In this document: positions 25,332 through 39,058 of the stretch, in pieces
How the letters are laid out: every line of letters starts with the position of its first letter
How positions within the stretch are numbered: position 1 is the stretch's first letter
Assembly (NCBI RefSeq): GCF_006345805.1
Contig: NC_043001.1
Location: 62,248,001-62,312,000 of the forward strand
Length of the DNA stretch: 64,000 nucleotides
Direction of reading: 5' to 3'
From: Octopus sinensis
Lineage: Eukaryota
Translations under genes and position numbers: made by a program
Notes under the pieces: generated by a model
Database searches by the model: none
Told to the model about the DNA's origin: nothing
What the model saw: the letters and a program-made list of their open reading frames with translations, nothing else

Positions 25332-26540
25332 TCTTTCTGTCATATTTTGTTGGAACTGCTGTGTAGCGGGCTTGCTGCCTGAAGCCTACGGTACTATGTT
25401 ATCTGTTCTTTTCAGCTATATAATACTTTTCTGGTTATTCTAGCCATGCCAAGGAGGCAAACCTTTTGTAAAAGTTCTACTAGACACTCTATTCCAATTT
25501 TCTTTATATTCCTCTTGATACCTTCAGATACTGCTCCTAAGGACCCAACAATAATAAACACTACCTTCACCTTCTTCATTTTCCATATCCGGGCTATTTC
25601 ATACTTAATAGAGTTGTAATTGTCTATTTTTTCGCCTTTCTTCTTGACTATTCATAGGTCGTAGGGGCATGTAATATCAACTATATTGTACATGTGCTGC
25701 ATCTTGTCGACCACCAGTAGGTCCAGTCTGTTATGCTCTAGCCCCTGATCTATTTGGATTGGGAAATCCCAGAGGATTTTGCAAGTCTCCGACTCCACCA
25801 CTCCCAGCAGTTTGTGCACATATCACGTCTTGCCTCTCTCTAGCCTCCATTTTTCACACAGTTTCCAATGTAGTACTTTAGCTACTTTATTGTATTGCCA
25901 CAACTTATAGTGATTTGGGTCAAGTTTAGGGTATTCGTTCGTGATATGGGCAATTGTTTCGCACACTCTATTACAGATACGGCACATCTGAGACACTTGC
26001 TCATTCTGAAGGTTGACCCTCCAATTCGTGGCCAAAGCTTGGTCTTGCGCTGCCAGTATAGTACTCTGAGTCTCTCTTTTCAATGTTCCTTTCTTCAGCC
26101 AATCCTACCTATGTTTTCTAGCAATTTCTGTTGTGGCTACATGGAATTGTTGCGTAATGCTCCATGTCCTTTTTGTATTTCTTCCTTTGATTTTCCATTT
26201 TTCTCTGCTTTCAATGCGCCCTCATTCCTGACACTAGCAAGGTTTCCTTACTTTGGAATAGGTGTCTCATTAATCACTCGAGATTGATGCGTACGCAGTC
26301 CCTTTCCTCCATTTGCTCTCTTCATGTATAGGCGATTAATGTCTGCATGATGAGTTCCATGCATCGTTAGGAACTTTATTGTATTCCTGCCCATCTCCTT
26401 TAGCTCCTCCTCTGTCCACTTCAGGATTCCAGCGCCATACCGAACTACTGCACCTGCGTGCGAGTTTATTGCCGAAATGATGTTTCTGGCACTCAGCTTT
26501 GAAGTCAATATTTTTCTCACTCGCCGCAGGTACTCTTTTT
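25332..26540 (-). mobile_element. R4/Dong-like (restriction-like endonuclease) non-LTR retrotransposon, 5'-truncated
   Basis: VRYGAGILKWT, LAAQDQALATN, CRICNRVCETIAHI, LHWKLC, and C-terminal LLGMARITRKVL. Ends in (TAA)n. Confidence 0.75.
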
Positions 26541-26584
26541 TTGTCTTTTATTTCATATCGTTATTATCATCATCATCATCATTT

Positions 26585-27680
26585 CATATACGCTCAACAG
26601 ATTAGACTGTTGGAAAAGAAAAATTCCTAGCATCAGGCTACAAGTGACCTTAGATGCCAAGAACCCTCCTAGGTATCCTGGCTGTCCCTAACAACACTGT
26701 TTTCTGGAGCTTTACTAAACTGGGTTTTATGACTATTTCCTCTATCCATCTGTTCAAATCTTTAGGAATAGTTCCCAGTGCACCTATAGCTGCAGGGATT
26801 CATTTTACCCGCACTTTCCTTAGTCTCTGTAACTCAATGGCCAGGCCCTGGTACTTTAAACTTCTCATATTGACTTTCTGGTACTTTCTATTTTTTTAAT
26901 CTACTACTACTAAATGAGGCCTTCTAGTTTCAATTATTCTGTCTGAAGGTCAAAAGTCCCACAATATCTTATATTTCTTACTTTCTATTATTACTATTTA
27001 TCAATATGATCAAATCCTAGCTTTCTACATAACTTCTAGTGGATTACTTTCCCAAGGTTGTCATGTCTTTTCTTGTATTCTTTCTGTGCCAGCATGTTAC
27101 ATTCACTTACTATATGAGCAACACTATCCTCTTTTGATTTGCATAACCTACATTGGGAATCTACTTGGTTTTTTGTCTATCTTGGCTTGTATTCAATTAG
27201 TCCTTAAAGGAGGCTGTATCTATTCTAGCTAACTCTGCTGATATTAACCCTCTTCCACCTTCCATTCTAGGTAAGTATAATCTTGCTACTCCTGCTCTTG
27301 GATGGAGTCCTCCATTCATACTGAATTCCTTCCTAGTTCTTTTGTCTAGTTTTGCTAATTCATATTTGGTCCAATCTACAAAAGCTGCTGAATATCTAAG
27401 TAACGATACTGCGCAAGTATTTACAGCCTTCACTAGATCTGGATCATTTAGTTTTGACTTCATTAGCTTCCTCACCTTCTAATGTATTCCTCAATCTTTG
27501 TTTTCATTTCCATAGTTAGTACTCTGTCAGATTCTAATACTCCTTGATACTTATAACTCCCTCCTTCTTTCAGTGATTTTAATGTCTGTTCATCTTGTAA
27601 TTGCATGCCTTCACTGGCGACTACCTGCTCCTTTTTTATGACTAATGCTGAACATTTATCTATGCCAAATTCCATGCCTT
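26585..27680 (-). mobile_element. Second R4/Dong-like fragment, internally deleted
   Basis: MEFGIDKC, YKYQGVLE, LYLPRMEGGRGL and C-terminal TARIPRRVLGI. Confidence 0.7.
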
Positions 27681-27830
27681 ATATTTTTATTGAAATGAAG
27701 GTTTGCAATGGATATCATTTCTATAGATTTCTTAAAAGTAATAGTTTGGAGTAAAATTACCACATCCATTTATTTTTTTTTTAATGCTCTGAAAATTTTT
27801 AAACTCATATATTTTTATTTCATTTTTCAG

Positions 27831-27906
27831 GACTGATAGCTGGAATTGTAATTCTCGCATGTCTCGTGATAATTTTGTTGACAGCACTGATTGCCAGCAT
27901 GAAGCG
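27831..27906 (+). CDS. Host gene transmembrane exon, phase 1-2
   Basis: Acceptor atttttatttcatttttcag; GLIAGIVILACLVIILLTALIASMKR; donor CG|gtaagt. Confidence 0.85.
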
Positions 27907-29429
27907 GTAAGTGTCAACGGAGTGCTGTTCTAGTGATGCAGCCCTGATAATCAGTATTTCGGAAGTAAAGTTGTAATATTGCATGTTATTGTCATCGTTA
28001 TTGTTTGATCGCAGGAAGACCTTCAATGAACAGACCTCAACGGTGTTCAAGTTCTGATCATCTCAACCACTTTCAAGTGTAGGCTATATTAGCCAATATG
28101 TGTTTCCTTTTTTAAGATGTAAAGGCTTGAGCAAAAGAGATATGTTTGCTATTTCTGGCAGATCATGCACCTACGTCAAAGAAACTCCATTGCTTACAGT
28201 AATTATATATAGCAATGCAGCAACAGTGTAACAAATATGCAATTAGTTATATAGATAAGTTCTATAATATAATTTTTTTTCTTATAAATAGAAATAGTAT
28301 AAAAAGAAAAAACTCTAAAAATAACCATTATTAAATTGTTGCAGTTAAATTTCTTTATCATAACAGCATAGTGATGATAGGTTTCCAAAAGTTCATTCAC
28401 TAGTCCATCAAATTTACATGGCAAAAATGGAAAGCAGGCATCTGTGCAACTCCGTCAGAATCCATAGCACAAAATGCCTTTGCTCAAAAGCACCAATTTA
28501 TCGCTTTCTCTTGCTGATGCTTAAAGATGGTATGCGTTGGTGAATAAATTCTCTATCTGCTAAATTATATTTACAACCAATGGCGGAAGATACTTGCCCG
28601 AAGTACTGCTCAAGTGGTCTGGACATCTTAAAACTAAGCAACCATTCTTGTTGCTTGCTATTTTAACACTTATTTCTGGTTATTCCTTAATTTTTAACAC
28701 AGCTATCCTTACGTTGTTTTTTTTTCTTTTCTTTTCAAAGTCTGGCAATATTAAGTATACTATTTATTTTATTTTACATTATTTTCATATAGATAATATA
28801 GTATCCATAATATTGAATATCAGTGTTAGAATTTAAGATATAACACCAGTACTACTTCCTATTAAAACTACAACTACTCTTAGTACTACTGTTGTGTCAT
28901 GTTTTTTTAATAGCAGTTAGCGAAATAAAAAGCATATTACAATAAATTATTTTTAAAATAGTATTCAAAAATGTAAACTGAAATATCATCATATAAAAAT
29001 ACATACGCTGATATAAAATGTGAGTGTGCAGCCGACAGATATCGTTGAAGCGTCAGAAATTTACCTTATGATATTTAGTTACAACATTTTATCTTCTGAG
29101 TTTTCATCTTTCCAATGTTGATAAACAAAGTACCAATTAAGTACAGACATCAATATAACCAACGGGCCCCATCCTCTAAATTTCTGGTCCTGTAACTACA
29201 GAATTATTATTATTATTATTAGATGATATATTATCAGAGACGTTATAGCATTTAACACTATGATATGCGGTATTTCTTCCGGTTCAAACACTGATGAATT
29301 CAGTTTTGCCTTTCATCCTTTCAGGATCGATCAAAAAGTACCTGTCAAGTACTGGGTCGATATAATTAACTTATCCCCCGAAATCGCTGGCTTTGAGTCA
29401 AAATTTGAAACTATTATTAATTTAAAATA

Positions 29430-29810
29430 GCATGATTGGCTTTTTTTTACCCACCTCTCCTTTTTTGAGGATTTAGATCAACAGGGCATTTTCTCCAACT
29501 CCCAAAGATGCTCTTCACTGTAGACAGAATAGCCCCAGCCGAGTTCTTAATGGCAGGTGTGGAAGGCTTCTTGTTACGAAGAATACTTTTTGGCCAATCT
29601 AAAGTCAGAGCTGAGGTTACCCCCAAAGTCCTTCCATGACTTAGCCTTGGACGTTTTTGCTGTCTTTGTTGTGTGCAAAAGACAGACTTGTTTCCAAGTC
29701 AAGCTTCGTAAGTATTCTTTCCTCGGGTAACATTTTAAACTTTCTTGTTAAACCAGAGAGTTCTTTTGCCACCTGCTTTCGTTTGCAGCATTGTACAGCC
29801 AAAAAAGAAA
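29430..29810 (-). mobile_element. RTE-clade LINE internal fragment (endonuclease-RT linker)
   Basis: Reads ...AKTSKAKSWKDFG.NLSSDFRLAKK..., resembling the RTE linker AKxxAWEEFGxxMExDFR. Confidence 0.5.
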
Positions 29811-30743
29811 CTGCAGAATAAAACAGTTCTTATTCATTCTTTCAATATTATCAATTCTTACATATCAATTACTATTTCTTTTTTACTAAAATATAAGTTC
29901 TGCTTATCAATCATATTTGCTATACAATTCTTCATTACACATACATGTAAATTCAGTTGTAACTGTCAGCCCCTGTAAGAGTGACATGCCCAAACCCCTC
30001 CCACTTAACATACTCTCGCCTTTTTTCTTTGTATACTTATTTCTTTTCTTTTACATGTTCTTTTATTTTCTTTAAATTCCTTTACTTGATCCATCATTAT
30101 CATTGTTCTTTGAAGATTTATCCATCTTAGCACATTTATGGCTCCTTTTATGCTGATACTCAAGTTCTATTATTGCACTTTTCTTTTCCAACAGACAACA
30201 TCTGGTACTATAAAATAAATAGTCAAGATTTGCTACTAACCTAATTTACTGCTATTAAATTAATTTCTATTCTCAATAGCGTTCTAGCCTATTTCTCATT
30301 TGCATATCAGAAGATTCACTTCCTCTGTGGTCCTAGCAACTATGCATCATAAATTTCTGGGTGTCATTTGTCTAACGAGATGACCATTGATCACATGAAA
30401 TATATTGTAATATTACACAATCATTGATATTCATGTGCCTGAAATATGTATTATTAAAACAAACGTAAAGGAGTAAATTTAATCCCATCACCTCCATTCT
30501 AGAACTCACAACATATGTCCATGTTTTTGTGGGTGTGTATTTAAGTGCATGTGTCAATGTGTGTGTGCAGGTGTGTTTGTGTGTCTGTGTCTATGTGCGT
30601 GTGTGTGTTGTGAAAACCGAAATAGTACGTGGGAATGGTTACTGGAATGGAACATCTTTCAGTAGCCATAGGGACAAACGTAGTTTTAGGTGGTCAAAGT
30701 TTGAAACCAGGGGAGATAGCCCGTCCTCAATAACTTTTTTCTT

Positions 30744-31435
30744 GTACATTATTTACATTTGATGGATATTTGTCCTCACCTTGTTTGTTCTTAACACGTT
30801 TCGGCTGATATACCATCCAGCCTTCATCGGGTGTCCTGGGGAAATTTCAAACCTGGGTTCTCATTCCTAAGGTATTTTTCGAATTTATTATTATTATTAT
30901 TATCATTAAGTGACACTGGGGAAAAATATACGAAGCCCAGTATACCCATCATGACTACCCGTCTGATAAGGGTACACCAGGCACATGCATCACAACCATA
31001 TGTGCGCAACATGGTGATCTCATATCAAGATAAACAGCGCATGACCTTACAGGTGGGGCCCAGTTAGAATTTTCTTCTGGTCGAGTAGCCCATCCCGCTC
31101 AAAAGGTCCCTGAATAAGGATTGTTTAAGGATGTTGAACGAATCACCCATGTTTCCAAAGGTGAACTATCCAAGCCTCCAAGAATTCCTCTCAACACACG
31201 GCTATGATGCTCCCCCACTACTTCTGCTCGTGATCAGAGATGCACATATCGTCAGCCACTAAGGGACATGCTCAACTGGTTAAGGTCAAACAACTGACAA
31301 GCAAATCTGTGGTATTAAGCAGAATATTTGCTGTAGCCCATCTTTTATACCAAGACAAAATAATGTACATGATAACACTTCCAATCAGTTAAGATCAGAA
31401 GCCATGAGAGCCACTGCCTGGTACTGCATCAAGGC

Positions 31436-31470
<35 letters not shown>

Positions 31471-31626
31471 TATATTATTCAGGTCACTGCCTCGAATCAA
31501 ACTCGGAATCTTGGGGTTAGTAGCCTGTGTTCTTAATGACTACGACCATGGGCATATGGCGTAGTGGTTAAGAGCGCAGGCTACTATCCCCAAGATTCCT
31601 AGTTTGATCCCAGGCAGTGACCTGAA

Positions 31627-31691
<65 letters not shown>

Positions 31692-31862
31692 TCAAAAATA
31701 CCTTAGGAATGAGAACCCAAGTTCGAAATTTCCCCAAGACACCTGATGAAAGATGGAGGGTATATAAGCCGAAACGTTGTGTTAACAACAAACAAGATGA
31801 GGACAAATATCCATCAAATGTAAATAATGTACATAATTCCTCATCTCTTAAGTATAGAACTG
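30744..31862. mobile_element. Head-to-head dimer of a tRNA-headed element carrying a minimal hammerhead motif; left arm interrupted by an insertion at about 30906-31435
   Basis: A-box TGGCGTAGTGG at 31557, (TAA)n, GACAC-CTGATGA...GAAAC-GTT-GTGTT at 31738-31783; the mirror arm lies at 30744-30905 plus 31440-31549. Confidence 0.75.
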
Positions 31863-32507
31863 AACTTTTTTCTTTGTTAGCAGTTTGACCATTTTGTCCT
31901 ACTGTTTCTCCATCTCCGCAAGGTAAAAAGTTAAAATTGTCTTTGTATAGAGTGTGATGAGCTGTCCAGAAGGTTATAACTTTCATGGATACGAAACCGT
32001 TGGTCACTCTATGACCAGACTTTAACTTTCTCTTTTGATGCATACTCTATTCTTTAGAGTGTGCTTCTTATTCTGATATATGTTATATTGACAATATATA
32101 TATATATATTTTCTTTTATTTGCTTCAATCATTTGACTGCGGCCATTCTGGAGCACCACCTTTAGTCGAACAAATCGACCCCAGAACTTATTCTTTGTAA
32201 GCCTAGTACTCAATCTATTGGTTCCTTTTGACAAACTGCTAAGTTACGGAGACGTAAACACACCAACATCAGTTGTCAAGCAATGGTAGGGGGACAAACT
32301 CAGACACACAAACATATATATACCATGGGCTTCTTTTAGTTTCCGTCTACTTACCACTACTGCACATAGAGCTACTCCTGCTATATATAATATATATATA
32401 TATATATAGATATATATATATATATATATATATATGAATAAATAAATAAATGGAGTTGAACGAAGATGTTAATAAATAGGATAATTCATGCACCCATCGA
32501 AATATAT

Positions 32508-32607
32508 NNNNNNNNNNNNNNNNNNNNNNNNNNNNNNNNNNNNNNNNNNNNNNNNNNNNNNNNNNNNNNNNNNNNNNNNNNNNNNNNNNNNNNNNNNNNN
32601 NNNNNNN
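32508..32607. other. Assembly gap (100 N)
   Basis: Direct reading. Confidence 1.
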
Positions 32608-33086
32608 CCAATATTTATGAAAAGTAAAAACGTTATTTATCTTATTAATGTCAGTTAAATGGAATTTTTGACGTTAAACTAAAAATTAAACTTATACTTT
32701 AAAAATTTCGAATTAAAATTAAACTAAACTAAAATTAGACAAAAGAAACAAGTTAAATATTAACTAAAATTTTAGTGTTACAAGAATTCTATCACTTTAA
32801 AACAATGCGTAAATAATAATTTTAAGACAAATAAGTAGAAATATGTATAATAATGTTGCAAATTCAAATTTTAACCGTTAAACTAAAAATTTGGCGTTGC
32901 AAAGAAATTCTATTGATTAAAATTATGATGTAAATTATTAATAGAGGGAAAATAAACAGAAATATGTATTTTAATGATAAAAGTAACAGATAATTGTGAT
33001 GTAATATAGCATTTACTGGGGAGTATTTCTAAACTCACATTTATGTAAAACTAAAAAGTTATGCAAAATCCATAGCATAAGCTTAT

Positions 33087-33164
<78 letters not shown>

Positions 33165-33232
33165 GGATGGATGGATGGATGGATGATGGATGGATGGATG
33201 GATGGATGGATGGATGGATGGATGGCCGGCCG

Positions 33233-33263
<31 letters not shown>

Positions 33264-33364
33264 AGATAGATAGATATAGATATTATATAGATATTATATA
33301 GATAGATATATATACATATATATACATATATATATATACATATATATAATATATATAATATATT

Positions 33365-33995
33365 CCTGCCGGGTGTATGTTGTCCAGCGAGAGCTGGACA
33401 ACAACACCCGGCAGGAATGCCGCCTCAGCGGCTTCCACATGCGGTGTCTTCGACGGATCCTTGGCATCTCCTGGAAGGACCGAGTACCAAACGGAGTCAT
33501 CCTGGAACAGACTAATATGCCAAGCATGTATTGCCCTCCTCGTGCAGAGACGACTGCGCTGGCTCGGACACGTCTGCCGCATGCAGGACGGTCGCTGCTA
33601 AAGACATCCTGTACAGCGAACTCACCACGGGATCCCGACCCAAGGGACGTCCACAGCTACGATACAGGGACGTGTGTAAGCGCGACCTGAGGACTGCCAA
33701 CATCTGTGTGAACACGTGGGAGGAACAGCTGCTGACCGCTCTGCCTGGCGTCGGACGGTGAGGAAAGGCTTTCCATGGCTGAGGAGAGGAGAGCAGCACA
33801 GCTGTGGTTGGACAGGCGGGACAGGAGGAGGACAACTGCAGCAACACCCCACACGTACCCATCGATGTTCGTGTGCAGCAAATGTACCAAGGACTGCCAC
33901 TCTAGAATTGGACTGTTCAGTCACAGCAGACGCTGGACATCATCAAAGTAGGCCACCCTTGGCGCAACCCATTGTCTATCAAGACAGACGGGGAA
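33365..33995 (+). mobile_element. RTE-clade LINE 3' fragment
   Basis: LRRILGISWKDRVPN, LRWLGHVCRM, GRPQLRYRDVCKRDL. Preceded by a compound (GATA/GATG/GACA)n tract at 33087-33290. Confidence 0.85.
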
Positions 33996-34926
33996 AGAGA
34001 GATATAAAAATATATATACATATTTATAATATATATATATATATATTATATATATAATATATATATTAGGAGTGGCTGTGTGGTAAGTAGCTTGCCTACC
34101 AGCCACATGGCACCTTGGGCAAGTGTCTTCTACTATAACCTCGCGCCGACCAAAGCCTTGTGGGTGGATTTGGTAGACGGAAACTGAAAGAAGCCCGTTC
34201 TATATATGTATGTGTGTGTGTATGTGTGTGTGTGTATAGTCAATTAAGAATCCATAAAACTGAAAAATATGCACTCATATATTTAACAATAGGGTGGGTA
34301 TACTAATCAAAGTATAGAAACTTATAGATCTATTTCAACCGATTTTACCAATTGATTAGACACTGGGTATAAGACAACAAGATATTAAATAACAGAGATG
34401 GCAGATATGTAAAAATATGGTTATTCTTCCCTGTTATTGGGGGTGAAAAATGTCACGTCTTGTTGTCACGAAATGGGCAAGTGATTTATCATGAATTGTC
34501 TCTTGCCCTCCAAATTATTTAAGATGTTGTAAGGCAGAACGAGTCTGGTAAAAATATATGCTGCAGGAGATAGAGATTTGTATTTGTGTAAGACCGGTGT
34601 ATGTGTAAGGGTTTTCGAGAAGACGGAGATATTGTCGGGTACCCAAACCATTAAGCCCATATTTGAACTTAAAGTTACATATGTGTGTTCATTTGTGCAT
34701 GTTTTGGTTAAACTCTTTCCTGGATTCTCAGGATGTGAGAGTGGGAGGGCCGGAGGTGGAGAATTTAGTGATTATAGTTGTGGTGACATCCGTAGATAAG
34801 ATAATTTATCCTTTCTCTCATGTAGGCAAAGGATAAAATCTCATTCCTCCAGTTTAGATAGATTTTCAGGCACCGAGAATTTTATGATTCTTTTCTCGGC
34901 TAAACATAACCTGCGTTTGCATATGC

Positions 34927-34984
<58 letters not shown>

Positions 34985-35129
34985 TGTAAGTGCGTGTGCA
35001 TGTGTGTGTAGATAGATGGATGGATGGATGGATGGATAGATAGATAGATAGATCTGAGGGATATATTTAAATTACTTTTTCCTTTATATTGCTTATGGAG
35101 AGTCTTCTTTTAATTTCTTCCATTACAAA

Positions 35130-35574
35130 ACCTAAAATGGTTCCCACGGGTTAACTGATATTCTCGTTTTTTCACTTTCTTGCACTTCCATCATTCTTTA
35201 ACGAGCTCTAGTAGTATTTTTATTCTCTAATTCTTTCTTATCTAATTCTTGCGACCCATTGTGTAAAAAGAATGTAAACAAATGGAGATAACCTAGAGCA
35301 GGCTAGTTTTTAGTGAATACTGGAAGAGGTTTGGACTTAGGTACAGTAAAATTGCATTGATTACAATCGAAATCAAACAGTTGAAGTTCGTATGAATAAC
35401 AAACTCATGACAGGTTATAAGAAATAAACAAATAGAAAAAACTCATGTAAGAAAATACAGAGATAAGAAAGAATTAGAGAATAAAAATACTACTAGAGCT
35501 CGTTAAAGAATGATGGAAGTGCAAGAAAGTGAAAAAACGAGAATATCAGTTAACCCGTGGGAACCATTTTAGGT
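35130..35574. repeat. Perfect 114-bp inverted repeat (35130-35243 / 35461-35574), 217-bp spacer
   Basis: Base-by-base comparison showed no mismatch; no TSD evident. Confidence 0.92.
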
Positions 35575-38554
35575 CTTTGCTACAACTGCTGTTTTCAGAA
35601 TAAGGTTCCAAAATTGAAAGAATTAATGAATTATATGATAGAACTTTGAAAGAGTAAATGCATTCAAGATTAGCTAAGGAGACTATTAGCATACACCCTT
35701 ATTTACACTCTATACACCATTATTTGTAAATATGTGGACAATCTAAGAGGTTCCAAGTGAGCAGCCCAGTTTCTAATCCTTTCCTACACTGTTCTTTAGA
35801 AGACATAAACATAATAGAAACGAATTTCACGTCCATGTGGTATTTTAAAATTATTTTATTTCCAATAGAGGCACGAGGTTACACATTTGGTGAGGGAGAG
35901 ATCAGTCAATTATATCGACTTCAGTATTAGGTTGGTACAATTACTATTAAGACTCTAGCTCGATTTCAAATCGAAACATTGCTAAATACCACAAGGCATT
36001 TAAAACTGCTCTGCTAATTTACTTTATTTATTTCACAACTTACCTTTGAAAAGACATAAACGTTATCATTCTCTATTCTCTCTCTGAACTCGAGTCTTTC
36101 AGCTTATATAAAGAATCCACAGAAAAAGCCTCAATGCCTTTGAACAAAAATTAAAGTAAATTTTCCCTAGATAGGAAACTGGTCTACGCTATTAGTTTAT
36201 GCACGGAAAAACTTTTTAAACTGTTCCTTACCGTCAGTAGATTCATAATTAATGACTCGGCAGTTGAGGTATGTATTTTGGCCATCGTCAGAACGCCACT
36301 GGTCGTTCACTACCCTCTATTCTGTCATCCTTACTGATAGGCTTGCCAACATAAAATATATTTGAAGGTCATCTGATTTAAAAGTTTTAAAATTATAAAA
36401 TACATTAAAGTTATTCACAATTGTCAAATTTTATTGGAAGCTGTTAAAATCATGTATTCATATTATTACATGACATTTGGGCTAAAGCAGGACTATCTTT
36501 GTGGTTACTTGATTTTTCAAGAAATATATGTCATACATGTAAAAAGAAAAAGGACGTTTTAGCCAGGATTCTCCTGGTTGAAGCGTCTTTGATCATAGTT
36601 ATTCTTTCAGGGCCTCGGACTAAACAACAATAATCTTCGTTTTATCGATGTGAAAAGGATGAAAAGTATATCACTTTCCCTCAACCTCTGTCAATTTGGA
36701 TTTAATCTAAAAACTGGATACCAGAATCATATTTTTAGATAGTCACTTTAGTATTGTTAAAATTCATAAACATTAGAACGTTTCAAATGAGTCGTATAAT
36801 TTTTTATGACCATAACATACTAATGAATATTATTTTTTAACAGAAAAAAGTAAGTTGAAAATTCACAGAAGATATATTGCCTACCAAATCAAATTATTGG
36901 ACTACACATCACATCGTCATGAACTCCAGTAAAAGCAAGGTAGCATATAACCGATTACCTTAACTAGTAATAGCTTTTACTTCAGTATCACTTTCGAGTA
37001 AGAAAGGATCCAATTTCGACTGTAGCAACAAAATTAACTTCTGGTCACTTATTGAATGGCAACTTAATCCAACTCCAAAGACCCCGTTACCTTTCAGAAT
37101 TTTTTGCTTTGTTTACCTTAAAAACATCACTACATGCATATCCAATCAAAGGTACAAACTAATTGGCAAAAATGCTTTTAATTTTAATTTTCCATATATG
37201 CATCCTGTTCTGCAAGATCAGGATGAACATTGTGGCGTATCCTTTAGTTTAGACATAGTTATTGACATGATTTCCATTTCTATTAGTGTTATACACTCAA
37301 CACTAACTAATCCGCCTTTGCTGTTGGTCCCTTTCGATGGTAACAGATTCACTAAATTTAATATTGCATCTGGTTAGATCCTCATTATAGCTTTCATAAA
37401 AGTTCGTAGAAAAATATTTCAGTGAGTTAACTTCCTGCCAGGCGTTTCAGACACTTGTACTATTCTTCTAAGAGAAAGAGTACAGATTTCATACCATGGT
37501 TGCAAAATTACAGATGAATTATGGAACACTTCAAGTAGTAATGCTGGCAGATAGAGGTGGGATGGAGGGGAAATCGTCTGCAAGTGAGTTGTCCAGTTTG
37601 AACGATGCTGATTGAAATCCTTGAAACAGTAAAAATTCTGGGAACCGCGTTGCATGTTGCAAGAGGAAGTGTTGAACTTGCACTCGGTTTCGGCACGTCT
37701 ACAGTGTATGTAAATGAAACAAGAGGAAACCCCTGCAAAGTTTCGAGCCAGAGATGTATAAGTTGCTAAGTAAAGGGATTACAGCATAAAGCGGTGTGGA
37801 GTGATCGGCAAATTCTTGGAGTTTGTGCGTTTTGAAGTTATTAAAGAAATCGAAATCTTCTTGGTTAAGCTTATTAAAGTGGGTAACTTTGGGTTTGCAA
37901 ACTGAGTCATTTGAAATACATGGAACGCATACAGTCGTGTATAAAAAGTGAGTTGCATACACTGGTGAGAAGACTAAAAACATGTCCAATGACGTGGCAA
38001 GAGAATCACAGGCTGAAGAAGTGTATATAATGGTAGGTTAGAAAAGGTAAAGTGATTGTGGTGTAAATCCTAAGTAAATAGGTCAATAGCTTTAAGTTAG
38101 ACATATAGTGAGATGGAGAGACTACAATATATGGTGCAGTAAAGTAAATTTGGCATCCAAGGAAAAAGGTGGTCTACTACGGCAAAAGTTAATCCATAAA
38201 AGTTTGTAGATAAAAATATATTATTGGGAGTTGATTTGCAGTTAGGAATGTGAGTGGAAGGAAATTAGCAACCATACGGAACTACAGAAATAGTAGGACG
38301 TGTACAAAACGTACACTCCTACAAAAATTGCACATAAGCCACATATAGCATGCACTCTCAGTGTATTGTGTGATACACAATACGACCAACCATTATATAT
38401 AATTATAAAACACATAGACGTGCAGTCAATTATAATTTAGCTTGAGAATATATATTTCTTTTGCAAAGCAACCTCCAACAAACTTGATCAAAACTGTTAA
38501 GAGTAAGATAAATGGGTTCCTGTGGCATTTATGCTTTTCTCAATAATATTAGAA

Positions 38555-39058
38555 TACATTATTTACATTTGACGGATATTTGTACTCAACGTTTTGGCTA
38601 ATATACCTTCCAGCCTTCATCGGGTGACTTGGGGAAATTTCGAACCTGGGTTCTCATTCCTAAGGTATTTTTCAATCTCATTATTATTATTATTATTATT
38701 ATTATCATTATTATTATTATTATTCAGACCACTGCCTGGAATCGAACTCGGAATCTTGGGGTTAGTATCCCGCGCTCTTAACCACTACACCATATGCCCA
38801 TGGCCGTAGTGGTTAAGAACACGGGCTACTGACCCCAAGATTCCGAGTTCGATTCCAGGCAGTGATCTGAATAATAATAACAACAACAACAACAACAACA
38901 TCGAAAAATACCTTAGGAATGAGAACCCAAGTTCGAAATTTCCCCAAGACACCTGATGAAGGCTGGAGAGTATAACAGCCAAAACGTGTTAACAACAAAC
39001 AAGATGAGGATAAATGTAAATAATGTACATAATTCCTCATCTCTTAAATATAGAACTG
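38555..39058. mobile_element. Second head-to-head dimer of the tRNA-headed hammerhead element
   Basis: Centre near 38800; B-box GTTCGATTC near 38847; CTGATGA-A-GGCTG...CAGCC-AAAAC at 38953-38985 (G12 mutated). Confidence 0.78.

Noticed and set aside
31550-31625. tRNA gene calls for the A/B-box heads here, at 38730-38870 and at 55748
   Set aside because: No complete cloverleaf or terminator; they are repeat heads.
34465-34787. TGTCAC...GTGACA bounded segment (solo LTR?)
   Set aside because: No TSD and no second copy or internal region in the window.
37330-38000. GC-richer minus-strand segment faintly like Gypsy pol/integrase
   Set aside because: No unambiguous catalytic motif could be read.
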